DNA from: a virus
Strand: one strand, 5' to 3'
IMG/VR virus record: IMGVR_UViG_3300045286_000131
Span: 6,728-70,727 of that record
Length of the DNA: 64,000 bases
Shown here piece by piece: positions 39,201 through 47,723 of this stretch (position 1 is the first letter of the stretch; the number at the start of each line of letters is the position of its first letter). The position numbers and the translations under genes were made by a program. The notes below the pieces were generated by a model. The model was not told the DNA's origin. It worked only from the letters and a program-made list of their open reading frames with translations, and ran no database searches.

Positions 39201-42200
39201 TCACGGCGCTTAACCGCGAGGACATTGGCGGCAGGGTTTACCGTAGAGTCCAAAACCTTTTGAAGCCGAAACAGGCCAAGAAGCTTTCCAAGCTTGAGGC
39301 CGACGCGAAGGCCGAGGAAGCGGTGAACGAGATTTTGGAGCAGGCCAAGAAGCAGGGCATGGTTCCGGTCGAGCGCCCCGGCAAGAAGTCGCTGTCGCCT
39401 CTGGAAAAGCTTTTGCACCTTGTCACGCCGGCCAACGCCGAAAAAATTGACGTGCTCATTTCACAGGCTGTCGCCGACGCGGAACGCAACGCGGGAATGA
39501 AGGCGGCGCTGAATCGCGCCGGAAAAGACGGCAAGGATGCCATCGCTGAATTGCAGGCGCGCTTTGACGCCGGGGAAGAGCCGACGCCGGAGGACATTGA
39601 ATCCGGCTTCACGCTGCCTGAATACGCGCATTGGAAGGCCATCCGCGACAACTTGGCCGGCTACTCGCCGACAACACTGAAGCTCGCGCAGGAAGTTTTG
39701 AAGGGTTCATTCAAGGGCTTGAAGTTTGAGGGAGGAAAGCAAAGGCCGGAGGATGTCCGCATTGACATCAACAAGCTGGCGAAAGAGCCGGACGCGGAAA
39801 TCCGCCGTGTGGCGGAAGACTACGTTGGCCGGATTGAAAACTTCATCGCACCCGCCGACGCTTCCGACGAAACGCGGCTGCGCGTGGTGCAGATGATTTA
39901 CTCCGAGTTGACCGAGCAGGTTGCCGCCGCGCGCCGCCGCATGGTGGACATCTTGGTTGCCGAAAAGGCGAAGAAGCAGCCGGGCAACAACCTCACGCCG
40001 GAACAAAAGATTGCACAGCTTTTGAATGCCGGATTGTTCAAGGACGAGCGCCTTTCAGACTCCGCCATCGTGGACAAGATTGCCGGCTCGACGACGATTA
40101 GCCGGCTTGTCCCGAATATCCGCGACTTGGTTAAGCAGGTATTGGAAACCCCAGAAGCCAAGCAGGGTGATTTGCGCGGCGCTTTCATTGAGAGGCTGAA
40201 GGCGTCAATGAATGTTTCCGACGAGCAGGCCGGCAAACTGTGGGATGTCTTCGGGAAGGCATTTGACGAGAAACTAAAACTGGCTCGTTCGCGCGCCGTG
40301 GATGAGGCGATTCAACAGCTTACGCCGAAGGAGCGTGAAATCGTTCAGAAGAAGACGCAGTTTGAACGCATCCGCAAGGCGGTGAATGCCGGCGTGTTCA
40401 GTGACCGTAAAATTGTAGAGGACTTGGCGCGCGAGAACGGGTGGAAGCCGCCGACGCCGGAACGGCTGGCCGCACTGCGCGAGCTTTCCAACGAGGAAGA
40501 GCGCCTTCGGACTCTTGATCCGGCGATGGTTGCGAAAATCAAAGCCACCACTCCGGCGGCGGAGGTCGAGACTGTGTTGAAGCGCGAGCGTGAGAAGCTT
40601 GAGGCGGCAACACTCTTTGCGCGCAGCGGCATCATGCGCCAGATGGCTACTGAATGGTCGTCAATGACCAAGCCCATTACCGTCCCCGGAATGAACGCGC
40701 CAATTCTTGCGGCGGATTCGTGGCGGAATTTCTGGAAGACTGCAAACCGGAAAAATGTCGCCGCGACGATGAACGAGCGCGGCACGTTGAACCTGCTTTT
40801 GAAGGCCGGCTTTGCCGTTCGCCTTCCAATCCATATTTTGACACAGACGGTCGGGCATGGCATCACGCGGCCCACCGCATACGCCATCAAATCCGCCCGC
40901 AATCGCGACGAATTTTTCAAGGACTTGGCGACGAACTATTCCGACTCCCTGAAAGCCCAGATTGCGGCCATCAAGCCGGCGATGGTTTCCGCCCGCGCTG
41001 AAATTCTTGGGCGGGGCGAAACCCGAAACGCGCAACGCCTGCTTTCCGGCGTGAACGGCATGGAACGCACGGCGGCTCAAATCAGCGAATACATGGCGAA
41101 GGGGGAACACGCAAAGGCGGCTATCGCCTACCTCTACAATCTCCCGCGCTACGTCGGCTGGTTTGTTTCCGCCGTTGACCACTGGCAGGGCAAGCCGGTT
41201 GAGTATCAGGAAATCATGCTTCAGATTGGCCGCGCCGCGCGCGAGAACGGCTGGTCGAGCGCGCAGATTGAAGCCTTCGGCGAAAACATTTTTAAGGCGA
41301 TGTCGGCGGAGCAGGCGGCAGCGGTTTCCTATGTCTCCGGCGTGCATGAGGCAATGGGACTCAAAACCAATCAGCGCCAGATTGAGGAAGAGGCAACCAA
41401 TGTTGTTCGCCGCAACATCTACAACATGATTGAGGCGGCGGGGTTGCCGGCGGATGACTTTGAAGCGCGCAACAACGTCCTTCGCAACGCGGTTTCGTGG
41501 CAGGAACGGACGGTTCGCGGCGTCGGCGGTGTCTTGAACAAGGCTTTGCAGTCGGTTTCCAGTTCGCTTGAAGACTACGGCATTCCGTTCGCCAGCGGCA
41601 GGTTGTCGAACGCCATCGGGACAGGCATCAATTACAGCCTCATGTGGACTCCGTTCTACAAGCTTGCTGAATTCGGTTCCAAGGATGATCCGGCTTCCGG
41701 CTGGTTTGCACAGGACGTTGACCGGACGCAACGGATGCTTCAGGCGGTTGTCGGAACGATGGTCGGCGCATCACTCATCGCGGCGGTCATGTCCGGCGCA
41801 ATCCGCGTCAATCTCTGGCCCCCGCAGGACAAACGGAAGCGCGAGGAATTCTACGCCGAAGGGCATCGCGGCGGCACGGTCGAGTTTTTGAACGACGACG
41901 GCTCGTTTGTGCCAGTCAGCCTCACCGTTGGCCCAATGTCGCTCGTAGCGCCCTATTTGACCGCCGGGCAGGCTGTCAGGGACTTAATTGACGGACGCGC
42001 CCGCAAACAGGCCGCGCTGGACGCAAAAAACGACGCCTTGGGCCTTGCGCGCACGCCGATTGAGGCTTTGGGAGCCGGCGACGTAATGGGCGTTGCCCTG
42101 AAGGGGGCTTACGGAACAATCATGGGCGGTCATGCTGCCGGCGGTTTCGCGCAAACCATGAGCGAGCAGGGTGTCCCGAATCTAGCCAAGATTGAATCGT

Positions 42201-42994
42201 CGCAAATCACGCCGTTTGCGCCGCTGCCGGTTGCCGGCTATCAGGAGTTCACCCGCGCAATGGGTATCCAGCTTGATTCCAAGATGGCTACCGCATGGGA
42301 TTTCCTTGTTCCGCTGCCAACCTCGGCCGCGCGGCAGGTAAACGTGCTTGGCGATCCGGTGAAGACGCCGGACGACATCCAGCGTATCATTCAGGTGGCG
42401 ACGGCAGGAACATATCCCGGCGTAGTTTCTCCGGGTGAATCAGTCCAGCAGGCCGGCGATGCCAACGCCTACGCCGCGCTTTACACAAGCGGATTCCGCC
42501 CCCCGACAATCAACGCCGGAAAGGGTTACGTTTTTGGCGGCTCTTACCGGCCCATGACAGCGACAGAGTTGCAGGAATACACCGTGGCAAGGGGGTTGAA
42601 CCTGAAGGCGGGACTGGCCGGACTTGGGCCTAATGCTTCGCTGGCCGAAGTGAAGTCAGCTTACGACGCGGCAAATGCACAGGCTTTGCAGTCGGCAGGG
42701 GTGTCAGTTTTGCCAGCCGTTCGAGCCGCGAAGTTGCCCGAAGCAGCGCCAGCATCGCAACCAGAGCGCCCTGTGGCACAGAAACCTCAACCGATTCGCC
42801 GCGCACGTTCCGGCTCACTCCGGTTCCGCGCCGGATCGTCTTCCCGCCGAGTTGGCTCGCATCTTCGCTTGCGCTCCAAGAAAGCCCGTCGCCCATCCGT
42901 CCGAAGCGCCTTACGGAAGCCGCGTGCGCTAAAGATTTCGTCGAAGCGGTCGAGCCTGAAATTTCGGAAACGGAAGAGCGTTTTTGAAACCTGA
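33290..42994 (+). CDS. giant polyvalent (DarB-like) virion protein: SF2 helicase, zincin-like motif, basic tail
   Basis: EPGSGKT, IFDEAH, SATP, GGTGLSLHD, PWTA..Q..RSAR (Strawberry-notch-like); HEVAH; Arg/Ser/Lys-rich C-terminus. Confidence 0.8.
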   Translation: MILACPNIRLPEWQSLEKELGERRAYLAFIRNGHDIPTAGKAREILGMKSAEKQLGWSKEIQNHLATLERFERGELHSQPGEVGTFRSQIENEMWAQMQSGGFTPEMEKQWDRLNRLLPEPRQEKPSVVKSNDVTPTQKPVEDTIESVAASYGQTIQDGAMYNRKGNKVADIKISKGRMRFLAPDDGHQMGSIPEGDVKMFERALKENFYAQKTPSLLDYAKSKLPHETADKITSESQVESHRAQWEKDYPRIAPAKPEDKLSGLAKRLLALPAERRVYPMGDENTSLRQDVLEALTGTRPPRAKAGATAVRSALAKHFGVDETKLSQAGVEDEVEAKLRELAGEKPASTTSEKRVDATVFPPKPFIGKKTDAEAGENIFKTFHAKLEAWEKNVGEWLKTKPENKPIIWEQENGNVRALTRNIGNLEKPWRVTSFVPSRDGNALMPWGHQEYETREKAMIEEGGTPARFHDKMPKRVMDEQEIQGYKLMADVPDKSSLAWYKVKPGAQFNSEKIRGSTIMGTFVKDSMTGDGKIAFTSPIPTDDPERLNWLGLEPTDSPESLSINPPKTPEDINPKPVPVDDIGPLKATASDKAVITFGDDKTVRAANPEISLVISAGAKHFTLWLQDNRPGKSRRSDYLTILGQNKEEAIARAKKVADKLAVGDVTGIAFFGKQKWEQPKSIGIFDTPVTSDQLMSRDLTPVGEQVIGFGKMAGTRVKDVWAKDPGWALWAAENMTSGKNAPIGNYLRNHPEYQIAKDAKTAEIEENKGAAIDAVTPEVLNTLQAHKLGAEATNDGFVKITGETYDWKDSIKAIQGRRWDDVEKAWKLPVAGFNEFVRKLAGLPRPDAKRQGAGVPKYLRDERLGTVRKNADARPDRSGFTDAIGNHIGDDTKALVSRGLKIGMPQFVVDEQVEDVARINRAFKDGKKLFILASEPGSGKTFVLGGAIREMKKAGAKNIVYVTLRKELISQIQHDLADFGIDDVKFITYPEMRKAPPAESDVLIFDEAHAIKNVKDAEEGGAQQAKKAAEWISKAKFTILSSATPFENPVQAMYLEPTGIFSEAFGDAKTFAEAYGASSRTFKVRTKYGEIEKTELYWKRTTTSDVDSKAVREFFRKEGVFTSRKIRLPAGSADSRMVSITVSEAAAKVYKGFDEAAEEREDQLPKIAVMWVTNFKKRLLEAAKVQKGIEEADDAMKRGRWPILFVETKAERKFDIPEILAKEEEYKAACAIVAAQRQRGSDEQYPKRSDYGLPPEGIPEVLGEFMEKTGLKTIEIPSAMDIILKHFGEKNVAVFTGDVTPAKAQENLDRWRAAKKPMVILATMAKGGTGLSLHDKVGDHQTTQININLPWTATQVVQVAQRSARYGIKGKAEMQWIFADNIPFDRALSNRVGGRMADMGSVVHGAELEGASNIEDFNFEDKPFSEVNQEIRDENSGSSKKQGKLPFKGVEKIVAAAVKDAESGEVETASHHGYLEGIDDSEKEAGFYTSHNRFVSRREAYKIAKNAGQLVKGGGWSDSTGVLHSEDVVNMPLTDNRKFLESRVSPPAQDEIHGPLSARETQSYLYRNYGLQPNSMAVLLLRDSSDKGDWAGRAVFDKPGGRFLRIEYNMDKITSAEQLKWTTEHEVAHVAVEDGSMQQALALVTREEMSGIMQDIADADYKPSEYYDEQNARGLQALVQSWRGRNWFEKAVGAVTYIASKVGLKLNRLSAEQAAVVAWSRALDKVKSQRPEFTAREKQIQEAGRFEDVSQPGTKTSYAKTPEAGGEPERIPTQIAGVETHVLGRDQLTKEDRNASDAYAVRVMSGFKLPGSADPFYGFKIQGDGFNYDAEGEMLLARLTKDIVEKDRPGNSWVNSTGIINALKLNFNAGNLDDVFSPEMKYKLMSVAQGESSRRGIELAALKGSPEDLRGVARNADFYLRRTYDDAFGGPEVKNLIERIFLNFRDHFTDKEIDDARRSFPALDETFNRITALNREDIGGRVYRRVQNLLKPKQAKKLSKLEADAKAEEAVNEILEQAKKQGMVPVERPGKKSLSPLEKLLHLVTPANAEKIDVLISQAVADAERNAGMKAALNRAGKDGKDAIAELQARFDAGEEPTPEDIESGFTLPEYAHWKAIRDNLAGYSPTTLKLAQEVLKGSFKGLKFEGGKQRPEDVRIDINKLAKEPDAEIRRVAEDYVGRIENFIAPADASDETRLRVVQMIYSELTEQVAAARRRMVDILVAEKAKKQPGNNLTPEQKIAQLLNAGLFKDERLSDSAIVDKIAGSTTISRLVPNIRDLVKQVLETPEAKQGDLRGAFIERLKASMNVSDEQAGKLWDVFGKAFDEKLKLARSRAVDEAIQQLTPKEREIVQKKTQFERIRKAVNAGVFSDRKIVEDLARENGWKPPTPERLAALRELSNEEERLRTLDPAMVAKIKATTPAAEVETVLKREREKLEAATLFARSGIMRQMATEWSSMTKPITVPGMNAPILAADSWRNFWKTANRKNVAATMNERGTLNLLLKAGFAVRLPIHILTQTVGHGITRPTAYAIKSARNRDEFFKDLATNYSDSLKAQIAAIKPAMVSARAEILGRGETRNAQRLLSGVNGMERTAAQISEYMAKGEHAKAAIAYLYNLPRYVGWFVSAVDHWQGKPVEYQEIMLQIGRAARENGWSSAQIEAFGENIFKAMSAEQAAAVSYVSGVHEAMGLKTNQRQIEEEATNVVRRNIYNMIEAAGLPADDFEARNNVLRNAVSWQERTVRGVGGVLNKALQSVSSSLEDYGIPFASGRLSNAIGTGINYSLMWTPFYKLAEFGSKDDPASGWFAQDVDRTQRMLQAVVGTMVGASLIAAVMSGAIRVNLWPPQDKRKREEFYAEGHRGGTVEFLNDDGSFVPVSLTVGPMSLVAPYLTAGQAVRDLIDGRARKQAALDAKNDALGLARTPIEALGAGDVMGVALKGAYGTIMGGHAAGGFAQTMSEQGVPNLAKIESSQITPFAPLPVAGYQEFTRAMGIQLDSKMATAWDFLVPLPTSAARQVNVLGDPVKTPDDIQRIIQVATAGTYPGVVSPGESVQQAGDANAYAALYTSGFRPPTINAGKGYVFGGSYRPMTATELQEYTVARGLNLKAGLAGLGPNASLAEVKSAYDAANAQALQSAGVSVLPAVRAAKLPEAAPASQPERPVAQKPQPIRRARSGSLRFRAGSSSRRVGSHLRLRSKKARRPSVRSALRKPRALKISSKRSSLKFRKRKSVFET

Positions 42995-43116
42995 CGATTT
43001 CAGGGAGTCCGGTTTGCGGGTTTGGCCGGCTAATCCAGATTTGAGAATGAGTCGTTTTCATTCCCCGCCTTTCTCAAACAGCTTCTTGGCGAACAGCTCT
43101 TTTAATTCTTTGGCGT

Positions 43117-43653
43117 TCACTGTTGTCCTTTCGCTTGGTTGATGGCGGCGAGAATGTTTGACTTGTTATCTTTTTGCGCCCACGGATTGTGTTCCAGTGG
43201 GTATTCATTGTCTTTAGGCCAGAGTGTTATTTTACAGCGTTCAAACACTGCATCCAACGCCTCGGCCTTCTCGCGGTAGGAGTCGCATAGCTCGCGCTGC
43301 TTCATCATGTCATAGTGACAAGCTGCTTGCGCTGCTTTTAACTCCTCATTCTCGCGTTTGAGTTGGTCGCGTTCTTCACACAAATCCTTGTTCAGTTCTG
43401 CCAGCGCATCGTGAGCAGGCTTCCAATCGTCTGCGCTTTGGATGATGGCGGTGAGTTCGGCGAGCAATTCATTGTCGCGGATATTGTGGCCGGAAGTGTG
43501 AACATTTGAGATGAAGTCTCTCGCCCGCTGTTCGGCGGATGGTGTTGGGGTGGTCGTATTCTTTTCGCGGTCAAGATACGCCCTCTGCGCTTCTGGACTC
43601 AACGAGCCAATCACTTTTGCTCGTTCGATTGCTTTATGAGATTCACGGCTCAT
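43117..43653 (-). CDS. hypothetical coiled-coil protein
   Basis: 178 aa, overlap-coupled ORF. Confidence 0.6.
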   Translation of the reverse strand: MSRESHKAIERAKVIGSLSPEAQRAYLDREKNTTTPTPSAEQRARDFISNVHTSGHNIRDNELLAELTAIIQSADDWKPAHDALAELNKDLCEERDQLKRENEELKAAQAACHYDMMKQRELCDSYREKAEALDAVFERCKITLWPKDNEYPLEHNPWAQKDNKSNILAAINQAKGQQ

Positions 43654-43892
43654 ATCTCGTCCTTTCCATCAAGTTGTGCGGTTTCAATCATCGCCGTGTA
43701 ACGCTTGCGCGCTTCGATTATTTGCAAACATTCGGACGGCTTAAACTTCGTCCTGAAATTGCCCAGCTTGTCGCCGTCGCGCTGCATGATGGTTTTAATT
43801 TCATGCTCGGTTAGTTTTCGACTCCCAAACTCAACCGTTGGCTCAATCATGTCGAGTAAGGCAATTACTGGTTGCAGGTCGCTTATTTTCAT
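43650..43892 (-). CDS. hypothetical protein
   Basis: 80 aa ORF in the - strand operon. Confidence 0.55.
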   Translation of the reverse strand: MKISDLQPVIALLDMIEPTVEFGSRKLTEHEIKTIMQRDGDKLGNFRTKFKPSECLQIIEARKRYTAMIETAQLDGKDEI

Positions 43893-43902
43893 TTGCTTTC
43901 CC

Positions 43903-44097
43903 TCACTTTTGAAACAGATGGTTCACTCCGCACGCCCAGCCGGCGACAAAGGACATGATGACGGACAGAATTATCAAAATCATCACTCCGGCGGTGTCAA
44001 GGCGTTCGGCTTTAGGAGCGTCCTGTTCCTGCTTCTGTTCGTTCATGGTGCGAAGCAAATCAAAATTGCTTACGCATGGTTTATGTGTTCTTTTCAT
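43903..44097 (-). CDS. small membrane protein
   Basis: One C-terminal TM segment. Confidence 0.55.
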   Translation of the reverse strand: MKRTHKPCVSNFDLLRTMNEQKQEQDAPKAERLDTAGVMILIILSVIMSFVAGWACGVNHLFQK

Positions 44098-45107
44098 TCC
44101 TTTTCCTTTCCGGTTGCGGCGTCAATGGCGGTGCGGAGTTCAAATTCTGTCATCATTGTATCGTGAATCTTTCCACGACCTTTGGCGGCTTGCTTGTCAA
44201 TGAGCCACCAAAGACCTTCATTACACATTCTTTGGATTTCGATGAAATCGCTGTCAGAATCAGTAAATGCTTTTCTCAACCGCTCCTTGCCCTTCTCCAA
44301 TTCCTTCACGCGGAGTTGGAGGGCGTTGCGTTCGTCATCCGCCGTTTTGTAGGTCATGTAGTGAATCACGCTTTTCGCTTCCGCCTCATCCGCCCGCTTG
44401 GTTGCTTCTTTAACTGCCTCAATAACCACGCTTTCCCTGTCAACTAATGCGCGAAAATCGTCCAAGTCGCCAGTATCTTCTCCGGTAGCGGCGTAGCATT
44501 GATACAGCGCAAGTTCATTATCTTTAGCCCGCTTGGTTGCGGCGGTGAGTCGCTTTTCCAAGTTGCGTGAGCGTTCTACCATCATCCAAAAATCTGTATG
44601 TGTTAATGAACTTTTGTAGGTTCTATTCGGATTCATTCCAAGCTTGATAGCAAGTTCATCAGTCTCCGGCGTCTCCGTCGAATCGTTGGTGGCGGGTTGC
44701 TTGGCGAGCGATGCGGAGTCCGGCATGATTGACAAATCAATATGTCCAGTTCCATTCTTCGGCGCATCTGGATATTCAATCCAGCAAACCGGAAACATCG
44801 TCGTCAATCTGCCGCAAGGTTTGTCGGTGCAAATCTGATACGACTCTTGAACCAATCCGCAAGCCGCTCGGTGAATGGCTTTGCACAGCGTCTGCGCGTC
44901 GGAATGTTCCGCGCTCCACGGAGCGGCAATCAAATCGAAGTCACGTTTCATTGAACCGTGAACTGCAATCGCGTAGCCATGTTGCCTTGCAGCTTCGCGG
45001 ATTTGCGGAAGGATTGTTTCGTAGAACTCGTTTAAGTGTTGCGGTGAGACAACGCGAGTCCAGCGAAACTCTTCCCTGTCCAGTTCGGGTGATGGTTGGG
45101 GTGTCAT
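44094..45107 (-). CDS. modular hypothetical protein with an N-terminal nucleotidyltransferase-like motif
   Basis: GYAIAVHGSMKRDFDLIA (GS..DxD) followed by coiled-coil modules. Confidence 0.55.
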   Translation of the reverse strand: MTPQPSPELDREEFRWTRVVSPQHLNEFYETILPQIREAARQHGYAIAVHGSMKRDFDLIAAPWSAEHSDAQTLCKAIHRAACGLVQESYQICTDKPCGRLTTMFPVCWIEYPDAPKNGTGHIDLSIMPDSASLAKQPATNDSTETPETDELAIKLGMNPNRTYKSSLTHTDFWMMVERSRNLEKRLTAATKRAKDNELALYQCYAATGEDTGDLDDFRALVDRESVVIEAVKEATKRADEAEAKSVIHYMTYKTADDERNALQLRVKELEKGKERLRKAFTDSDSDFIEIQRMCNEGLWWLIDKQAAKGRGKIHDTMMTEFELRTAIDAATGKEKE

Positions 45108-45274
45108 AGAGTTTGAACTTGTTTTAGCAATTGAAAATCTTCTGTTGTTAGATTGGTTAAATTAACCATATCGAAATCCTTACGACCGCCATAATGGATG
45201 TCAGCCATTGGGTTTGTTTTCCATTGAATAAATTCAGAGGCTTCTTGCTGCCAAGATTTGTTGTTGGGATTCAT
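45104..45274 (-). CDS. hypothetical protein
   Basis: AT-rich 56 aa ORF coupled to the next gene. Confidence 0.4.
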   Translation of the reverse strand: MNPNNKSWQQEASEFIQWKTNPMADIHYGGRKDFDMVNLTNLTTEDFQLLKQVQTL

Positions 45275-45299
45275 AATCTCATTTCTCCCACAAGACGGC

Positions 45300-45545
45300 T
45301 TAATCATTTAGTTTTGACCACGCCTTTTCCTCGGCGCTGGCGATTTCTTCCTTTGTTAATTCAACCGACACGCTCGGAAACCGTTTCGACCAAGCGGAAA
45401 TAAATTCCATCTCCGCATCTTCGTCCGGCTCTTCCGGCTCGCCGCAGGAGCCGCGTTTGCCCTTGTGCGCGCGGTGATATTGAAAATCAACCTCGACATC
45501 TATTTCATGCCCGCCGCGCTCTACGGTGATGGATACGGTCGTCAT
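45300..45545 (-). CDS. hypothetical acidic protein
   Basis: 81 aa ORF. Confidence 0.55.
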   Translation of the reverse strand: MTTVSITVERGGHEIDVEVDFQYHRAHKGKRGSCGEPEEPDEDAEMEFISAWSKRFPSVSVELTKEEIASAEEKAWSKLND

Positions 45546-45859
45546 TTTACGGTTGCGCCCTTGGACTGCTTGGCGCGCTGAATCATTTCGTCAAGCTTGG
45601 CAATGCAATCCTTGGCGTAGTTTTCGTGGATGCCGGCGACTTCGTTCCGCACCCGCTTCTTGGTCTTGTTCAAAAGCCGGATCAGGCCGGAGCCGGTAAA
45701 CGTGTGCAAGGCGCATTGCTGCCGGAAGTCGGAATAAATGCGTTGCATCTGCGCCGCCGCCTTCTGTTCTGCCAGTTGGTCGGCGGAAAGGATTTGCGTG
45801 TGGGTCGGGAGATGCTGGCCGTTCGCCATCATCTGCATGAGTCTGTCGAGTTTTGCCAT
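45542..45859 (-). CDS. hypothetical protein
   Basis: 105 aa ORF. Confidence 0.55.
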   Translation of the reverse strand: MAKLDRLMQMMANGQHLPTHTQILSADQLAEQKAAAQMQRIYSDFRQQCALHTFTGSGLIRLLNKTKKRVRNEVAGIHENYAKDCIAKLDEMIQRAKQSKGATVK

Positions 45860-45865
45860 AGTTGG

Positions 45866-46258
45866 TTATTCAATTTGTTGAACTGTTACTTCCGCGTGTC
45901 CGAGCGCCAAGCCATCCAGCTTGGCGAAAGCTTCGTCGGTTAAATCAATCAGGACTCCGTTCTCCTTTACATACTTGTCTGGAAGGATGTCGTTCACGGT
46001 AACAATGACAACGCTGCCATTGTGGCGTTCCGTGACTTCAAGCCGCGCGCCGGGAGGAAACGCCTTGGTGGCGCAATGCAGGCCGGCGGCGTAATACCAG
46101 CTTGCCTTGCATGAAATTGTTCCCCGCCTCGCTTGCTTTGGTGAACACAGATGAACGCCTTCGGCAGCTACCAAGTTAGTAGGATTCGGCGGGGAAATTG
46201 ATTGCCTTGCCGGCAGTAAAATGACGGCGGCTAAAGTTGTTGCCAAAATAAAATTCAC
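45866..46258 (-). CDS. RlpA-like double-psi beta-barrel lytic transglycosylase
   Basis: ASWY..CA..FPPG..LEVT..NG..VIVTVND..IDLTDEAF; hydrophobic leader; GTG start overlaps the upstream stop. Confidence 0.75.
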   Translation of the reverse strand: MNFILATTLAAVILLPARQSISPPNPTNLVAAEGVHLCSPKQARRGTISCKASWYYAAGLHCATKAFPPGARLEVTERHNGSVVIVTVNDILPDKYVKENGVLIDLTDEAFAKLDGLALGHAEVTVQQIE

Positions 46259-47106
46259 GGCTGCGCGGAAGACTTGATTTGGTGAACCGCAACAATCCGG
46301 CCCTGCTTCAGCCAAGACATCCGCTGCGCCTCGTTGGTCATCACGTCGGCAAAGCCGGAGTAGATGGACTTCATATTGTAGATGCGATCATAGACCGACA
46401 TACCGGACTGGTTCCACGCCTGAATGCCAACCTCGACATCCCACGGCGAAGATTTCACGGACAGTTCGGAGATATTACCCTTCAAATCCCAAAAGGAATT
46501 CATGCTGTCCATGTTGTAGATAGACAGAGCGCCATTGGTAAATGCGCATGGGTCGCCTTTTTCGCTCGCGCCCTTGCTGCCATAGGTGACGACCGGGACA
46601 AGCGGGTTCTTTTTGTTCTCCGCCTCGCAGAAGTTCGCCCAGCGCCGCGCCGCAAGCAGGCCGGCAACGCATGGGTTGTGGCAAACCACCGTTCCCGACA
46701 TGATGATTGGAAGTTCGCGGCTTGCCTCGGCGGCAAAGTGTTCGTCAAACATTGTTTTATCCCAATCCTTCGCGCCTACCCGACAGTCGGCTTCGAGCAT
46801 GATGACGTGCGAAAATCCGCGCACGTTGGCGACAATCAGGCCGGTGAAGAAAACATAGTTCGCGACGGAGAAGCGGTTTTTCTCCGCGCCGGCCTGCTTT
46901 TTAACCAGCATCGGGTCGTATGGCAGATGAATAAACTCGCCAATCCCTTTCACCTTTTCAGCCCAGCCGGCGACTTCGGAATAGAACACCACCGGATAAT
47001 GCGGCGGGAACGCGCGCAGGTTCTTAACGAGCGCATCGGGATCGCCGTAATTGGTTTTGCCGGCGACTGCCGGCGGCGGCAAATAGAGGACGGAGGCCGG
47101 TTTCAT
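46255..47106 (-). CDS. glycosyltransferase-like hypothetical protein
   Basis: HVIMLEADCRV (ExD), NGALSIY, PWD, VAVHQIK resemble GT-A patterns. Confidence 0.45.
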   Translation of the reverse strand: MKPASVLYLPPPAVAGKTNYGDPDALVKNLRAFPPHYPVVFYSEVAGWAEKVKGIGEFIHLPYDPMLVKKQAGAEKNRFSVANYVFFTGLIVANVRGFSHVIMLEADCRVGAKDWDKTMFDEHFAAEASRELPIIMSGTVVCHNPCVAGLLAARRWANFCEAENKKNPLVPVVTYGSKGASEKGDPCAFTNGALSIYNMDSMNSFWDLKGNISELSVKSSPWDVEVGIQAWNQSGMSVYDRIYNMKSIYSGFADVMTNEAQRMSWLKQGRIVAVHQIKSSAQP

Positions 47107-47429
47107 GCGCGGACAAGTTCGACGGTTGCCGGTATCTTGGAATGCCCGAATTTTTCAAACGCCGTGTATTTGGCCCGACCGGAGCGCACAAGCTTATGAA
47201 CCACGGCGGCAGAGAAAACAACGGTGCTGCCCTGTTTGTCCGACCATTTGCCGTCGGCGAGGCGGATGGCTTTCCCGCCGTTTGTGGTCATGTAGCCGTG
47301 AAGCTCTTCGGCCAGAGCGTTGATGGGCGGGCATCCGCCAAGCTTGCCGTTGGCGGCGCTGGAGATTTTTTTCTTCGGACTGGTCATGGAGCCGAGCAAG
47401 GCGGCTGCTTTGGAGGCTTTGGATTTCAT
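47103..47429 (-). CDS. putative DNA-binding protein
   Basis: AAALLGS..S.KK..SSAANGKLGG basic motif. Confidence 0.5.
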   Translation of the reverse strand: MKSKASKAAALLGSMTSPKKKISSAANGKLGGCPPINALAEELHGYMTTNGGKAIRLADGKWSDKQGSTVVFSAAVVHKLVRSGRAKYTAFEKFGHSKIPATVELVRA

Positions 47430-47438
47430 AAATTCGGT

Positions 47439-47636
47439 TCAACTTTTAACTATCGTTCGGTTTTTGTCAATGGGAATCTTTGGCAGGATGGCCGGCGGCA
47501 TCCATTTTACGGTGTGTTTTTTGCAATGCGGGCAGGCGGGGTTTTCAGCGTCTTCGGGGACACCATCCACCACGCGCGAACAGCGTTCGCAAAAATGGTA
47601 GCCGTTCAGGCAGCATTGCAGTATGGAATGTTTCAT
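47439..47636 (-). CDS. small Zn-ribbon protein
   Basis: CERC...CPHC. Confidence 0.5.
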   Translation of the reverse strand: MKHSILQCCLNGYHFCERCSRVVDGVPEDAENPACPHCKKHTVKWMPPAILPKIPIDKNRTIVKS

Positions 47637-47723
47637 TTTGAAATTGTGCTTTGCCGGCCCGAAGCTCGTTTAACTTTCGTTATCTTCGAGCCGGCAAAGT
47701 TTGGCGGCGTAATTGCCGGCAAA

